A stretch of 64,000 nucleotides of DNA from Candidatus Hermodarchaeota archaeon. GTDB taxonomy: Archaea; Asgardarchaeota; Thorarchaeia; Thorarchaeales; Thorarchaeaceae. The stretch spans positions 141,070-205,069 of the forward strand of contig JBHLLF010000002.1 in assembly GCA_048885865.1 (NCBI GenBank), read 5' to 3'. The notes under the pieces were generated by a model. The model was not told the DNA's origin. It worked only from the letters and a program-made list of their open reading frames with translations, and did not search any database. A program made the position numbers and the translations under genes. Positions 1 through 9,815 of the stretch are shown piece after piece; within the stretch, counting starts at the first letter, position 1, and each line of letters begins with the position of its first letter.

Positions 1-2162
1 AGCTTGAAATATCCGTCAATTAGACTGATGAATTTCTTTCTGCTAGAAGTGGATTCGAAGTAATCCGGAGTGAACTTCATGTTGTAGAGTGTTCCATTGT
101 AGCAAAGCCTGTGGTCCAGTCGCGCCACGGAGTTCATAGCAGCAGTTGGCCCATGAACGTCGCGATTCTGAGTTGGCGACACGCCGTCAGAAATCATCTT
201 TCCAGCTTTTCTGCCATCTGGAGTTGCTCCAAGAACCTCGCCTTGAGGTATATACATAGAAACTGAGAATAGTGCACCATGATACGGACCATTTCGCGTT
301 GTCATCCTTTTCTGAATTGAATTACAGAAGGCTCTGCCTGTGTCACGAGCTAAGAAGTCTACTCGCTCAATGTCATTTCCGTATTTATCAGGATCGTTCT
401 CAAGACGAATTCTGAATTCTTCTTTACCTTCATAATCGTTCTCTAGCATCTGAAGCATCTGGTCCATCGAGATTTCAGTTGACTCGAATACGTATTTCCT
501 TACCATCGAAAGCGAGTCGGCTACAATCGCAACGCCGGTGCCCATTATGCCTCCGGAGTTATACTTCGCTCCTCCTTCCTGCATTGTCTTTCCAATTTCC
601 AAGCAACCCTGAAGGAGTGATGAGATGAAGGGTGTAGGTTTTTCGCTTGAGAGAATACCTGCCGCTACTCTATCCGCCCTCGTGAGGAGGTCGATGGCGT
701 GATCAAGCTGTTTCTCATAAGCTTGCCAGAGTTCATCAAATGATTTGAAGTCCCTTGGGTCACCAGTCAAGAGACCTACCATTTCTCCAGTACCCGGGTC
801 TCTACCGTTATTGAGGGTTATCTCTAGAATCTTTGGCAAATTGACATAGCCGATATTCTGCCTTGGATCTGACTTTCCAGCTATGATAGGCTCTACGCAT
901 CCAAGGATGGAATAGTCATGGATTTCGGAGGGATCCGTTCCCTTATCCTTCATTAGTGGGATTATAATCTCATCATTGAATAGGCCCGGCATACCTAGTC
1001 CTTTGGAGATGACATCAACAACCTTGAGTTTGAATCTCTCTGGTGTCCCCTTATGCCACCTAAATGAAATGGTGGGCTGAGTAACTCTTGTGTTTCCAGT
1101 GGCCTCAAGAATGAGTTCTGTTAAGTCATTACATGCATCATCACCATTGGAGTCCTGACCGCCAATGGTAAGATTCTGAAACATAGGAAATCCTGCAAAA
1201 GCTACGCTATAGTATTCATTGCGGAGCTTGATTACAGAGGCGAATTTTATCCACAACATCTCTAGGAGCTCGATGGCTGTTTCCTTGTTTATCAGACCTG
1301 ACGCAATATCCTTGCTGTAGAAGGGATACATGTATTGGTCGAATCTTCCAGTTGATACAGAATGGCCATTCGACTCCAATTGCACTAGCAAATGAATGAA
1401 CCAAAATGACTGTAGCGCCTCATGAAATGAAGTGGCTGGCTTGGCAGGCACTCTTCTACATATCTCTGCCATTTGCTCAAGTTCTTTCCTGCGTTCTGGT
1501 TCATTTGTATCTGCAGCCATTTGCTCTGCCAAGTCTGCATATCGATTGGCGAACCCAATAACTCCTGCTATTGAAATTTCAACAGCCTCATAGAATTCCT
1601 GTTTGTCCTTGTCCTTTGTCTTGGCCTGAAGGCTAGCAGCTTCACTGGCCATCGCTTCAAGCCCTTCAGATAGAACACGTTCGTAGTCTGGAATGAAGTG
1701 GCCAATTCCAGTACCTGGCGCTCCAATAGTGAACAATCCAGCTTTAGATGCACGCTGTGAATCCGCAGGCATTTCTTCCCGAGCGATTTCAGCTGTGCTT
1801 TTCCCTTTCCAATATTCAAAGACATCTCTGAGTGTCTTTTTGTCGGATTCTTCTATCTCAAAACGTTCAGTTCGTCGCTTGTTGAATCGGTCAAGCTCGT
1901 CATAAATCCAAGTCCAACTATATTCTGGGAAGATCTGACAGGAGCGAGGAGTGGGTCCCATGTTTGCCACAATGACCTCTTCTGGCTCAATTCGTAGAGT
2001 CATATTATCTAGGACGAATGAAAATGCCTTTGCCATTCTAATCTTAGCTGGCTCATCTTCATGCGATTTGAGATACTCTGTGAAAAGCCTCGCTCTCTCT
2101 GAGGATATAGTTGGCTGAGCATCTAACATGCGGTCGCGCAAGCGACTGGTCCGAGAGTTCAT
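1..2162 (-). CDS. Glycyl radical enzyme, PFL2/glycerol-propanediol dehydratase-like (3' end truncated by window edge)
   Basis: Not in the ORF track; segments translated by hand from ATG 2162 (MNSRTSRLRDRMLDAQPTISSERARL...). Motifs: FPEYSW, ESNGHSVSTGRFDQY, FAGFPMFQNLTIGGQ, Cys loop ILGCVEP, SDGVSP, NGTLYNMKF. The Gly-radical loop lies beyond base 1. Confidence 0.93.
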   Translation of the reverse strand, partial: MNSRTSRLRDRMLDAQPTISSERARLFTEYLKSHEDEPAKIRMAKAFSFVLDNMTLRIEPEEVIVANMGPTPRSCQIFPEYSWTWIYDELDRFNKRRTERFEIEESDKKTLRDVFEYWKGKSTAEIAREEMPADSQRASKAGLFTIGAPGTGIGHFIPDYERVLSEGLEAMASEAASLQAKTKDKDKQEFYEAVEISIAGVIGFANRYADLAEQMAADTNEPERRKELEQMAEICRRVPAKPATSFHEALQSFWFIHLLVQLESNGHSVSTGRFDQYMYPFYSKDIASGLINKETAIELLEMLWIKFASVIKLRNEYYSVAFAGFPMFQNLTIGGQDSNGDDACNDLTELILEATGNTRVTQPTISFRWHKGTPERFKLKVVDVISKGLGMPGLFNDEIIIPLMKDKGTDPSEIHDYSILGCVEPIIAGKSDPRQNIGYVNLPKILEITLNNGRDPGTGEMVGLLTGDPRDFKSFDELWQAYEKQLDHAIDLLTRADRVAAGILSSEKPTPFISSLLQGCLEIGKTMQEGGAKYNSGGIMGTGVAIVADSLSMVRKYVFESTEISMDQMLQMLENDYEGKEEFRIRLENDPDKYGNDIERVDFLARDTGRAFCNSIQKRMTTRNGPYHGALFSVSMYIPQGEVLGATPDGRKAGKMISDGVSPTQNRDVHGPTAAMNSVARLDHRLCYNGTLYNMKFTPDYFESTSSRKKFISLIDGYFK

Positions 2163-2218
2163 CGTCAAATATACTAGCACGATAGCTATTTACTCTTCCC
2201 CTAGCGCCAAAATTCGAG

Positions 2219-3379
2219 CTATCGAAGGAGCTTCGGCAAATATGTATCAAGTCTCTGGATGGCATCTTCAATCGTTTCAGTAGACATGGCATAGCAGATA
2301 CGAAGGAACCCTTCACCATAATGGCCAAAAGCTGAACCATGAACTGTGACAACACCGGTGTCCTCTACAAGCTTAACTGCCAGGTCTAATGACTTGATTC
2401 CGAATGCGCTAACATCAGGGAAGACATAGAACGCGCCCCCAGGCGGAGCTAATTCAACTCCCTCAATTGCATTCAATCCCTTTGTTATGATATCTCGTCG
2501 CTTTCTGAATGTGTCAGTCATTATCTTCACAGAGTCCTGTGGTCCACTTACAGCTGCTTGTGCAGCTTTTTGTGAGATTGAGGTAGGCATCGATAACACA
2601 TGTTCCTGAAGTTTGACCATATTCTCTATTATCTCTGCGGGACCAGTTGCGAAGCCAATTCTCCATCCTGTCATTGCGTAGGTCTTTGAGAACGAGAAGA
2701 GTGAGACTGTTCTTTCCTTCATTCCAGGTAGCGATCCAATGAAGAGCGGCTTTTCATCGTTCCATCTAAACTTCTCATACGCACCATCCGCTAGGACATA
2801 CAAATCATGCTCGATTGCGATTTCAGCGATTCTCTTGAGTTCGTTTCTCGGAATGGTTCCCCCAGTAGGATTGTTGGGGAAATTGAGAACCAGCAGCTTA
2901 GTCTTGTCAGTAATCAATTCCAGGAGGTCGTCAGCTTTGAAGGAAAAACCCAGCTCTCTCTTAAGCTGAATTGGAACCCCTATTCCACCACACATTGCGA
3001 TATGTGCAGCATGGCTTACAAATCCAGGGTCTGGATAGATTACCTCATCTCCTGAATCGACAATGACAAGATTAGAGAGCAATAGGGAGCCCATGCCTCC
3101 TGCAGTGCAGATAATCTCTGTGACAGGGTCAGCGTCTATGCCATTATCTCGCTTAAGCTTCTCTGCAAATGCTTCGCGGACTTCAGGTAAGCCAGCATTG
3201 TGGGTATACTTCGTGTACCCGTCTGCAATTGCCTGATATGCGGCATCCTTGATGTACTGTGGAGTATCGAAATCAGGCATACCGACTGTCATATCAAGTG
3301 CATTCTCTCTACCCATTGCCATTCTGAACATCTTTCGAATCTCGCTGGCCACAATGATTTCATTTCTCTTCGCGAGCAT
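2219..3379 (-). CDS. PLP-dependent class I/II (AspC-like) aminotransferase
   Basis: GMPDFDTP, YTHNAGLPEVRE, NFPNNPTG, SFSKTYAMTGWRIG (PLP lysine), GAFYVFP. Confidence 0.93.
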   Translation of the reverse strand: MLAKRNEIIVASEIRKMFRMAMGRENALDMTVGMPDFDTPQYIKDAAYQAIADGYTKYTHNAGLPEVREAFAEKLKRDNGIDADPVTEIICTAGGMGSLLLSNLVIVDSGDEVIYPDPGFVSHAAHIAMCGGIGVPIQLKRELGFSFKADDLLELITDKTKLLVLNFPNNPTGGTIPRNELKRIAEIAIEHDLYVLADGAYEKFRWNDEKPLFIGSLPGMKERTVSLFSFSKTYAMTGWRIGFATGPAEIIENMVKLQEHVLSMPTSISQKAAQAAVSGPQDSVKIMTDTFRKRRDIITKGLNAIEGVELAPPGGAFYVFPDVSAFGIKSLDLAVKLVEDTGVVTVHGSAFGHYGEGFLRICYAMSTETIEDAIQRLDTYLPKLLR

Positions 3380-3528
3380 TACTAGTCCCTGATGGTGGCG
3401 GAGTCCACCTGCTTTATATAATGTGCCAATTGGACCACCTGATTATCTGAGGTTAATGTCCTCAATGCATAGGAGATTTAAGACGCCATTAGGAAACATA
3501 GCCAAGGATGACCATAGGAGAACAATAA

Positions 3529-4197
3529 ATGATTGACAAACGACAAGCAATAATCGATCGTTGCATGAAGCTCTATGTGGCGGCATTCTCAGATGCGGCT
3601 GATGAGGTTGGCATCGGTCGAGTATGCATGGATAGTGGCATAGTTCCTTTGACAAAGAATGTGAGAATGGCTGGATTTGCACGAACCGGTAGAATGGTCC
3701 GTTCGCCATCTCAGCAGCCTTATGACGAGAAGCAACTCGATCATCTAATGAGCTTGTCGACAGACGCCGAGCCTGGAGACCTTTTGGTCATCGACTCTGG
3801 AGGAGCGAAGGATTGCTCAGTATGGGGCCAAGTGTTGACAAAGATAGGCATCCCTCGGGGCATTCAAGGTGCTGTGGTCGATGGCACATCACGAGACATT
3901 GTAGATATTGACGAGGTTGGGTTTACGGTATTTGCCCGAGGACGTCATCCAGGCACTATGAGAGGTCGACTTGATGTTGAATCCGTAAACCAACAGATAG
4001 TGTGCGGCGGAGTCATTGTGAATCCGGGCGATCTTATCTTTGCGGATGGAGACGGAGTTGTAGTGATTCCTCAGGACAAGATTGAGGAGGTCCTAAAGCA
4101 CGCTGAGGGAGTAGTTGATACTGACAACTGGTGGTCAGAGAAGCTTGATGATGGCGAGGACCCTCATGAGCTTCACAAGGAACGGCCTATTCCCTAG
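3529..4197 (+). CDS. RraA family / HMG-CHA aldolase-like protein
   Basis: SDAAD, PGDLLVID, WGQ, GAVVDGTSRD, VNPGDLIFADGDGVVVIP. Confidence 0.88.
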   Translation: MIDKRQAIIDRCMKLYVAAFSDAADEVGIGRVCMDSGIVPLTKNVRMAGFARTGRMVRSPSQQPYDEKQLDHLMSLSTDAEPGDLLVIDSGGAKDCSVWGQVLTKIGIPRGIQGAVVDGTSRDIVDIDEVGFTVFARGRHPGTMRGRLDVESVNQQIVCGGVIVNPGDLIFADGDGVVVIPQDKIEEVLKHAEGVVDTDNWWSEKLDDGEDPHELHKERPIP

Positions 4198-5324
4198 AAA
4201 TTGAGGGGATACCTTCCCCTCTTCTCGGCATAGTCATACATCTCAAGAATCTTCTCTGGAGTAGAATCCGGCTGTATGTTGTGGGCTGGAGCTAGAATAT
4301 AGCCTCCACCCGGTGCGAGTGCTTTCAAGCGCGTATCTATCTCGCTCCTGAGGTCATCAGAAGTGCCTCTCTCAGACATAGCCCGTTGAAGGTCAACTCC
4401 GCCATGAAAGGTTAGTCTGTCACCGTATTTCTCTTTTAGAATAGCAGAGTCCATTCCCTTTGCAAGAGGCTGAATCGGATTCAGAATATCCACATCAACC
4501 TCCAATAGGTCATTAATCATCGGCTCTACTGCTCCGCAGCTGTGATACAGAATTTTGACGTGAGGAGCTCTCTTGTGGATGTCACCATAGATTTTCTTGT
4601 GCCGAGGTTTTACGAGCTTCTTGTACATCCGAGGACTCATAATCAGACCATCTTGATGCCCGAGGTCGTCACCTACTTGTACAATGTCCAGATACTCTCC
4701 TGCTTCATCCAAAAGGACTCTATTCATATCGAGTGCCAACTCCATTGCTTTGTCCATCATTGCTTCCGCAAGCTTTGTGCGTTGGCCCAGATCAATCAAG
4801 AACTTGTCAAATCCGCGCATATAGTGCTCACATATCTCAAAGACTCCCCATGGCCCGCCCACCATCCCAACCACTGCATAGTCAGTTTTATCATGGAGGT
4901 ACTTCGCCCACTCAACAACGCCTTCCATTCGTGAAGAATCATCAGCATCCGGCCACGGATACTCCTCGACTTGTTCCACTTCTGTGAACTCAGCCCATGG
5001 GAAATAGGTCACTTCCCAGTAGAGGCCGATGTATTTTCCGCGAAAGCCATATTCTGTGTCGGTAGAGCCATCAGGATAGGTCCTCATCTTGAAACTTGAA
5101 GATGGATTCATGTACACACGTCGGAAGTCTACATGAAGTCTACGCAGCATTTCCTCAGAGATTTTCCATGCTTCCATTATACCCCATTCTTGATCCTCCT
5201 TGGCAGTTATGCCTAGGTGATCTCGCAAGTTGCGGTACGCAGCCGACGTTGTCCAATAGTCGATTGGCACCCTATCTGGCTCCTCATGGTTAACAGCTTT
5301 GTGGAATCTCTCTCGTGAACTCAT
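4194..5324 (-). CDS. Uroporphyrinogen decarboxylase-like / MtaA-CmuA superfamily protein (possible methylcobamide methyltransferase)
   Basis: MSSRERF..HEEPDRVP, GDDLGHQ, YHSCG, LNPIQP, FHGGVD, GGGYILAPAHNIQPD. Confidence 0.85.
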   Translation of the reverse strand: MSSRERFHKAVNHEEPDRVPIDYWTTSAAYRNLRDHLGITAKEDQEWGIMEAWKISEEMLRRLHVDFRRVYMNPSSSFKMRTYPDGSTDTEYGFRGKYIGLYWEVTYFPWAEFTEVEQVEEYPWPDADDSSRMEGVVEWAKYLHDKTDYAVVGMVGGPWGVFEICEHYMRGFDKFLIDLGQRTKLAEAMMDKAMELALDMNRVLLDEAGEYLDIVQVGDDLGHQDGLIMSPRMYKKLVKPRHKKIYGDIHKRAPHVKILYHSCGAVEPMINDLLEVDVDILNPIQPLAKGMDSAILKEKYGDRLTFHGGVDLQRAMSERGTSDDLRSEIDTRLKALAPGGGYILAPAHNIQPDSTPEKILEMYDYAEKRGRYPLNF

Positions 5325-5458
5325 TCTTGATTGACACTCCTGAGAATGTGCTAATTCCGCTTGTGGGATTTAACTCCGCCTTAAGATGCAACCGCTAATT
5401 AAACCTTCAGCGGAAATGTTTATGTAGTTCGCAGCGTCAGGGCGTCTTCTTAGGGAGA

Positions 5459-6532
5459 TTGGCCAAATTGGGAAAAATGAAGGCTGGGATTCTTTACGGA
5501 CCTAGGGATCTCAGGGTTGAGGAACTTGATATTCCAAGCCTCAAACCTGGTTGGGTCTTGATCAAGGTGCGAGCAGCTGGAATTTGTGGAAGCGATTTAC
5601 ATCTGTACAAAGAGAAGACATTCATTCCAATATCATCTGTGATTGGTGAAGGAATCTATGTTCCAGGTCATGAGCTTGCAGGTGAAATTCAGGAGCTAGG
5701 CGAGGGTGTCACTGACCTTCAGGTTGGCGACAGAGTGGTTGTTGAGCCCACAGTCAACTGTGGCAAGTGTGATTGGTGTAGAACCGGTCTGTATAATTTA
5801 TGTGAGAATTCAGGACTAATCGGGTTTTACTACATTGGTGGACTAGCTGAGTTTGTTGTAGCCCCAGCAGAGAAGTGCTTCAAGATTTCAGAGAAAACCT
5901 CGTTTGAAGAAGCGGCTATGATGGACTGCGCTGCAGTTGCCGAACGGGCCATCCGACGCGCTAAGGTATCTAACGAAGACAGAGTGGCCATCCTAGGTTC
6001 TGGGACCATCGGTCTCTTTGCAACTCAGGGTGTTCTAGCAGCTGGAGCCCGAGAGGTCTTTGTCACTGGCACACACAAATTTCAGATTGAGGCTGCGAAA
6101 CGCTTTGGAGCAGCCGCTGCTATTAACGCAAGGACTGAAAACGTGGTTGAGAAAATAATGGAATTAACTTCTGGAAAGGGGGTGGATAAGGTCATTGAGG
6201 CAGTTGGAGGAGAAGCACCTGTCTTGGATGAGGGCGTCACCATTCTTAGGAGGCGCGGCATTATTGTTGCGACTGGCATCTTCTTGAATCCAGTGCCTAT
6301 CAATATGTTCAGCCTCATTACCAAAGAAGTCACACTAACGGGCGCGTGGGGATATGCATATTGGACCCATCTAAAGGAATTCGCTGTGTCCTTAGAGTTA
6401 TTGGAATCAGGGAAAATCGATGCTAAGTCCTTGATTACTCACAAATTCCCACTCGAAAAGGCATCAGAAGCTTTTGATATCGCTTTGGATAAGAAGAAAT
6501 CACAGTCTATCAAGGTCCAGATTACCTTCTAA
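5459..6532 (+). CDS. Zn-dependent MDR alcohol/polyol dehydrogenase (sorbitol/threonine DH-like)
   Basis: GICGSDLH, PGHELAG, structural Zn CGKCDWC..LC, Rossmann GSGTIG. Start is TTG 5459 or ATG 5477. Confidence 0.93.
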   Translation: MAKLGKMKAGILYGPRDLRVEELDIPSLKPGWVLIKVRAAGICGSDLHLYKEKTFIPISSVIGEGIYVPGHELAGEIQELGEGVTDLQVGDRVVVEPTVNCGKCDWCRTGLYNLCENSGLIGFYYIGGLAEFVVAPAEKCFKISEKTSFEEAAMMDCAAVAERAIRRAKVSNEDRVAILGSGTIGLFATQGVLAAGAREVFVTGTHKFQIEAAKRFGAAAAINARTENVVEKIMELTSGKGVDKVIEAVGGEAPVLDEGVTILRRRGIIVATGIFLNPVPINMFSLITKEVTLTGAWGYAYWTHLKEFAVSLELLESGKIDAKSLITHKFPLEKASEAFDIALDKKKSQSIKVQITF

Positions 6533-6552
6533 TCGAAAAATCATGAACTAAG

Positions 6553-7071
6553 GTGAAAGAGTTGTCTGACGAATTAAGCTGGGAGCTATGCAACGAACTT
6601 GTTGCAGGAGAGATAGCCACTAGATGCTTGATTGTTTCCTATTTCGTTCACAGATTGCCTAGGAAGTATGGCGAAGAGATCCTGGAAGACATCAAGCAGG
6701 CTAACTATGATGCTGGATATGTGGCAGGAAAGAATGCAGCCAAGGCAGTTGGCAAGAATGACCTCAAGACTCTTGGTGAGCTATTTGGGGGCACGAAAGT
6801 CTTCAATCCAGAAATAATTGGACTTACTGAGGATAGGGCAGTTATTCATTGGCGTAGATGTCCAGTCCCAACTCTCGTTGCTACATTCGAAGAGATGGGC
6901 TTGACTGAAGATTATCTAGCGACCGTCTGTCCAATACTCGAGCTATTTGACAATGGATTCGTTGAGGGTTGGAATCCTGAGCTAGAAGCCCAGAATCCTA
7001 CAGAGGTTGGAGAAACACATCTGCAAAAGGGTGGCGATTTCTGTACAGTTGTGATTGCCAAGAAGAGCTGA
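6553..7071 (+). CDS. ATC-hydrolase/V4R-like small ligand-binding protein
   Basis: Helical N-terminus, then RCP, CP...D.GF, GGDFC cysteine pattern; same pattern as 13744..14223. Confidence 0.6.
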   Translation: MKELSDELSWELCNELVAGEIATRCLIVSYFVHRLPRKYGEEILEDIKQANYDAGYVAGKNAAKAVGKNDLKTLGELFGGTKVFNPEIIGLTEDRAVIHWRRCPVPTLVATFEEMGLTEDYLATVCPILELFDNGFVEGWNPELEAQNPTEVGETHLQKGGDFCTVVIAKKS

Positions 7072-7112
7072 ATTGAAGTCAGAGATTCTGGCTGTTAGTG
7101 GATTTATTAATT

Positions 7113-7883
7113 TCATCCCCCAGGGGTGTCAACATCCTTGTACCACTTCTTTGATGTCCCAACTCTAGCTCTCATCTTCCAAGATCTGCCTTTTGGCTTG
7201 TCCTCAATGCTCTGAAGAAGCTCTTCTATTCGAGAACTTGCAACCTCCTTTTCTTGATTATCGAGAACAGTGAACTCACGCATCAATGATGCGACCTTTT
7301 TCAGGTTGGTAGTAACTGTATAATAGAACCCCCATTCCTTGGAGAGTATCTCAGCTATGTAGCCAGCATTGATGGTGTTCTCATCAGTATCGCCAATTTC
7401 GTGAGCTAAAATCAGCATGGTGGTGTCGATAATGTCCTTCTCGCTAATCTTCACAATCTGCATCTTCTGAAGTAGCAATTCTGCAAGAGGAACGGTAGGA
7501 CTATCAATTTCTAATCTCTTCTTATATTCGATCTTATGACACATCTCTAGTCGATCAAGAAAGACATCTATATGTCGCCCATCAGAGTTGTTTATGAAAA
7601 TCATTCTGCCTCCCAATGCAAAGCTAAAAGAGAGCAATCTTCGAGAGTAGTTTTGGCCTTCGAAGAACTTCTCTATTTTGGATGACTGTTTCTCATAGGC
7701 GACATAATCTATGTCAGTGATGAACCTACCCATTTTCTCATGCAGATACGCATATTCTGGGCTGTGAAGTCGAATTGCTATTGCCCCCATGAGTCTAAGA
7801 ATGATTCCTTGTTTGTTCGCCTCCTCGATGATTCTAAGAGCTTCGTCAACAAACACTTGGTGATTTCCTTTCTCTCCTTCCAT
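7113..7883 (-). CDS. Uncharacterised Pol-beta-superfamily nucleotidyltransferase (copy A)
   Basis: LRLMGAIAIRLH...TDIDYV (hG..DxD) and third acidic residue in HIDVF; C-terminal WKMRARVG..KWY. ATG 7883 preferred over the ORF-track start 7907. Confidence 0.75.
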   Translation of the reverse strand: MEGEKGNHQVFVDEALRIIEEANKQGIILRLMGAIAIRLHSPEYAYLHEKMGRFITDIDYVAYEKQSSKIEKFFEGQNYSRRLLSFSFALGGRMIFINNSDGRHIDVFLDRLEMCHKIEYKKRLEIDSPTVPLAELLLQKMQIVKISEKDIIDTTMLILAHEIGDTDENTINAGYIAEILSKEWGFYYTVTTNLKKVASLMREFTVLDNQEKEVASSRIEELLQSIEDKPKGRSWKMRARVGTSKKWYKDVDTPGG

Positions 7884-7929
7884 GTACAACACTTCGAGGA
7901 ATAGCAAATTCCTGGCTTGAATTCTGTAA

Positions 7930-7941
7930 CGTTTAAATATC
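7930..7941. promoter_or_regulatory. TATA-like element in the ~90-bp divergent NTase/phosphoesterase spacer
   Basis: gtttaaatat with palindromic core TTTAAA between the two starts; gaggt SD-like motif before TTG 7974. Confidence 0.45.
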
Positions 7942-7973
7942 TATTTCGGCCGCTGGCTTTGCGAGGTTTAATC

Positions 7974-8924
7974 TTGACCCGCATCTTCTTCTCCTGTGAT
8001 GCTCACGGAAGCGTTCCGGTCCTTCGCAAGATGGTGAAAGTCCACGAGGCCTACAATTGCGATGTTGTCATGATGTGTGGTGACCTCACCGGAAAGGCAG
8101 TTGTGCCTATCGTTGAGGAGAAGCCAGGCGTCTGGTGGTCATCACCGTGGGGACGAAAGGAAACATACAAGTCCGAGAAGGACCTTCAAAGGGCTAAAGA
8201 CATCTATGAGAAACGCGGCTTCTATTGGTTCTTCTCAAATGAGTCGGAACTAGAAGAGCTTCAAGATTCGCCAGAGAAAGTCAAATCCCTTTTTCAGAAG
8301 CTGATGCTTGAGCGAATGGAGTTTTGGATTAATCTCATTGAGGAGAAAGTTCCTAATGACATAATGGTCATAGTGAGTCCTGGAAACGATGATGCAAAGG
8401 ATATTGATGAGCTCATTATGAAAAGCAGTCGGATTACGCAGTCTATCGAAAAAGTTGTTGATCTTGACGATAGACATCAGATGATCTCCTGTGAATGGGT
8501 GAATTCAACGCCTTGGGATACTCCGCGTGAGTGTCCTGAGGATGAGTTAATGGTCAAGCTGGAGACGGAATTTGGTCGAATCAGCACACATGAGAATCTA
8601 GTCTGCAACTTCCATGCCCCTCCGTATGGGACACTGATAGATCTTGCACCAAAACTGGATGACAAGCAACAGGTTAAGGTCCGATATGGAGCTCCTGAAA
8701 TGGTGCCTGTTGGAAGCAAAAGCGTCCGCGAAACCTTCGAGAGATACCAGCCTCTCCTAGGTCTTCACGGACATATCCATGAATCAGTAGGTATGGAACA
8801 CATTGGTCGTACACTCTGCGTCAATCCAGGCTCCGCATACACGCAGGGTATGTTGAATGCATTTGTAATTGATCTGCCTAGGAAGCCAGAAGAAGAGGTG
8901 GTAGCGGTCAGTGTGACAGCTTAG
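7974..8924 (+). CDS. Calcineurin-like (Icc-related) metallophosphoesterase (copy A)
   Basis: CDAHGS, CGDLTGK, PGNDD, NFHAPP, LHGHIHE, CVNPGS. TTG 7974 start inferred from alignment with copy B. Confidence 0.9.
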   Translation: MTRIFFSCDAHGSVPVLRKMVKVHEAYNCDVVMMCGDLTGKAVVPIVEEKPGVWWSSPWGRKETYKSEKDLQRAKDIYEKRGFYWFFSNESELEELQDSPEKVKSLFQKLMLERMEFWINLIEEKVPNDIMVIVSPGNDDAKDIDELIMKSSRITQSIEKVVDLDDRHQMISCEWVNSTPWDTPRECPEDELMVKLETEFGRISTHENLVCNFHAPPYGTLIDLAPKLDDKQQVKVRYGAPEMVPVGSKSVRETFERYQPLLGLHGHIHESVGMEHIGRTLCVNPGSAYTQGMLNAFVIDLPRKPEEEVVAVSVTA

Positions 8925-8941
8925 CGTATTTTGGTGGGTGA

Positions 8942-9640
8942 TTGAAGATGTCCATTGATAGTGGCGAAAGAAGGCGTGCAAAGGGGAAAGCCAAGAGGTC
9001 GCAACCAGGTGAAGTTGATACTGATGATTTACGAAAAGCAATCTACCACATTGACGCCTATCGGTCGCACATCTTCTACAATCTCAGTTTCGTAGAAAAG
9101 ATGGTGGAGCAGGGAACCCTTGGGCGCATATTTGGAGAAAACTGGAAGAAGCTGAGTAGAAGACTCATTAGAATGGCACGTGGTCCCACATCAAATCCCC
9201 ATACTCTTCGTCTTGCACGGTATCAGTCGTATACCGAAGCATTCTGGCAGATAGCAATACCTATTGTCTTCATCTTGCTGATAGTTGGCCTCATCGCACC
9301 GGATATTCCATTTATCAGTACGATTGCCCCATATGTAATGATTGTTGCATTTTCTGCAATGATAATTGGACTTCTCGGAAGATCTCTAATTGGAGCGCGC
9401 ATTGCGAAGAGTATCGATGAATACTTTAAGAATAATCCCGAGGCGCAGCAACTTCGAGTTGAAGAATTGAAATCAGTAGTCCAATTGTTAATCAATGAAC
9501 TGCGACGTGCACTGCATCAATTGAAAGAAGAGCCTGATGAACATCTGGTTGGAATTGGGCTTTTAGACTATAATCACATCGAAGTCGTGAAAGAGCCCAG
9601 GCCCTGGCGGAAATACTACCTAGTGAAGGTTACGTTCTGA
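8942..9640 (+). CDS. Unknown two-TM membrane protein (copy A)
   Basis: Two central hydrophobic helices flanked by soluble regions; aligns with 21275..21982 (D.YR...Y.L.F; DYN.IEV.K.P...RK.Y.VK). Confidence 0.75.
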   Translation: MKMSIDSGERRRAKGKAKRSQPGEVDTDDLRKAIYHIDAYRSHIFYNLSFVEKMVEQGTLGRIFGENWKKLSRRLIRMARGPTSNPHTLRLARYQSYTEAFWQIAIPIVFILLIVGLIAPDIPFISTIAPYVMIVAFSAMIIGLLGRSLIGARIAKSIDEYFKNNPEAQQLRVEELKSVVQLLINELRRALHQLKEEPDEHLVGIGLLDYNHIEVVKEPRPWRKYYLVKVTF

Positions 9641-9815
9641 AGTCTACCTATATCTCATGCTTGGAAATTCTAAGGACAACTGATGAACTTTAAACATAGT
9701 AGTCTACTCATTAAACAAAAACGGGAACTCTTATTACACAGAACACCTCCATTAGCGATTCATCTTCTCTGATTTAAGTTCGGAGGAGGTTAAAAGAAAT
9801 AGAGGGAGAGATTAG

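Noticed and set aside
1216-2355. Short ORF-track entries in 1216-2355
   Set aside because: They are off-frame or antisense shadows of the glycyl radical enzyme and aminotransferase genes.
5325-5458. Repeated ccgc / ttccgct...agcggaa words in a divergent promoter
   Set aside because: Too short and irregularly spaced to separate from chance.
7113-9640. Calling NTase + 2TM + phosphoesterase a CBASS anti-phage system
   Set aside because: The NTase lacks the CD-NTase GS motif and C-terminal helical domain pattern, no Cap2/3 or known effector is present, and the context is catabolic. Kept only as an analogy.
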